Origin: Candidatus Bathyarchaeota archaeon
GTDB lineage: Archaea; Thermoproteota; Bathyarchaeia; 40CM-2-53-6
Assembly (NCBI GenBank): GCA_963726255.1
Contig: CAVSBL010000002.1
Span: 64,001-128,000 of the forward strand
Length of the DNA: 64,000 nucleotides
Direction of reading: 5' to 3'
In this document: one piece after another, positions 62,631-64,000 of the stretch
Numbering within the stretch: position 1 is the first letter of the stretch
How the letters are laid out: the number at the start of each line of letters is the position of its first letter
Made by a program: the position numbers and the translations under genes
The notes under the pieces: model-generated
The model's database searches: none
What the model saw: the letters and a program-made list of their open reading frames with translations, nothing else
Told to the model about the DNA's origin: nothing

Positions 62631-64000
62631 TTGCACGAAACGAGAAGACCGGGGTTGCCCATTTCAGCGCGGCCACTTTTGACGCTGCTCGTCTGCATAG
62701 TCATCGCTGGCCTTTTCATCCCAACTGTTCGTGCGCAGGCAACTTACGCGGTTTCAATAACAATCGCGGGCCTCCCCACCACAATTAGCACGAATGTCTA
62801 CGTCGACGGGTCATTCAATACGACGATGGTCGGTGGCCAGACAAGCTCCTTCAGTTTCGCAACTTCAAACATAGGCCATGTGATTACGGTAGACTCCTAC
62901 ACCCCAAGCAGCATCGGTGCAAACGGCACCCGATACTATGAGCAAGAAGCATCATGGGGTTTCAGCGCGTCAGGAAACCATGTTTTCACCTACACGGCGC
63001 AGTACTATCTTACTGTACAGTCATCCTACAGTACTGCGACCGGTCAGGGATGGTACAACTCCGGTGCGTCAGCACAGGCAACTGTTCAAGATCGTCAGAT
63101 TGACGAAGGCCAGGGGACGCGGCAAGTATTTGCTGGCTGGTCGGGAGATGCATCTGGCACCGATACGAGTTCGAATAGCATCCTGATGAGCGGGGCAAAA
63201 ATTGCCATAGCGAACTGGAAGACACAGTTTTTCTTGACGGTTGAATCGGACCCGCCCAATGTCTCGAGTCTTGCCGGTTCTGTGTGGTATGATTCAGGGA
63301 GTCAGGCTACTTTCTCAGTAAATGCGATTGTCACGGCCACAGACAATACGCGGCTGAAGTTTGATCACTGGAGCGGCGATTACACAGGCCAGTCGCTGAC
63401 CGGCCACATAGTGATGGACAGGCCGCATACAGTTAAGGCCAATTTCCTCGCCCAATACCTACTTACCGTTCAGTATGATCCCGCTACCATTTCAACCAAA
63501 TACAATGAATCTGATGCGGGCTGGTATAATGCCAACGCAAACGTTCAACTTGGGCCGGCTCCCTTGACCCTCGATTTGAGTTCCATCGAACGGCTTCGTT
63601 TCGTTGGGTGGGTTGACAATGGATCATCTTTCCCGACCCCATCGTACACGGTGGTGATGGATCAACCGCGTACAGTCACCCTATCGTACAATACACAGTA
63701 CTACGTGGACGTCCGTTCTTCGCATGGTTCAGTTTCCGGTTCGGGATGGTACGATCGCGGGGCGTCCGCGAAGATTACTGTTCTGGCGGACGGACAAAGT
63801 TGGCCGATAACATACGCTCTCACCGGTTTGCGGCTCGACCCACCAACGGGGGTACTCCAGAAAACTGGTGATTCGTGGAACCTGACAGTCGACAGGCCAT
63901 ATGTTGTTGAAGCCCAGTGGAGCTTTGACTACTTCCCGCTGATCGCAATACTTGGCGGTGGAGGACTAGCAGCCATTCTCAGCGTTGGAATCGTACTCGC
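62631..64000 (+). CDS. Cell-surface protein with repeated QYYLTV...GxGWY domains (InlB B-repeat-like); runs off the right edge
   Basis: Manual translation from the TTG at 62631: signal peptide, repeats such as AQYYLTVQS..ATGQGWYNSG and F.GWSGD, TM at the window end. Confidence 0.82.
   Translation, partial: MHETRRPGLPISARPLLTLLVCIVIAGLFIPTVRAQATYAVSITIAGLPTTISTNVYVDGSFNTTMVGGQTSSFSFATSNIGHVITVDSYTPSSIGANGTRYYEQEASWGFSASGNHVFTYTAQYYLTVQSSYSTATGQGWYNSGASAQATVQDRQIDEGQGTRQVFAGWSGDASGTDTSSNSILMSGAKIAIANWKTQFFLTVESDPPNVSSLAGSVWYDSGSQATFSVNAIVTATDNTRLKFDHWSGDYTGQSLTGHIVMDRPHTVKANFLAQYLLTVQYDPATISTKYNESDAGWYNANANVQLGPAPLTLDLSSIERLRFVGWVDNGSSFPTPSYTVVMDQPRTVTLSYNTQYYVDVRSSHGSVSGSGWYDRGASAKITVLADGQSWPITYALTGLRLDPPTGVLQKTGDSWNLTVDRPYVVEAQWSFDYFPLIAILGGGGLAAILSVGIVL

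Overview
Archaeal chromosome segment, about 51% GC by eye. The 16S-23S operon has no spacer tRNA and no linked 5S, pointing to TACK/Thermoproteota; a Bathyarchaeia-like lineage is my inference. From left to right: (1) a type IV pilus locus with 4 pilin-like genes, an ATPase, two TadB/C-like proteins and a prepilin peptidase, plus a large secreted protein, TrmB and two KaiC-like ATPases; (2) a toxin-antitoxin hotspot divided by three direct repeats and tRNA 3'-end remnants, next to RNase P RNA; (3) hutU-hutI; (4) an rRNA operon with a 47-nt BHB intron in 16S and a 702-nt group I intron with a LAGLIDADG ORF in 23S; (5) a CbsA/SoxL/SoxN-like Rieske-cytochrome b cluster; (6) intron-containing tRNA-Ile and tRNA-Ala, a porCDAB-type operon and an unannotated 8-Cys microprotein; (7) housekeeping and accessory genes including trpB2, TMEM175 and a CARF-wHTH regulator divergent from DUF72-dinB; (8) a repeat-rich region in which perfect 37-bp direct repeats bracket a TBP plus DEAD-box helicase segment, followed by surface-protein genes. 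All calls come from motif recognition by eye; no database searches were run.
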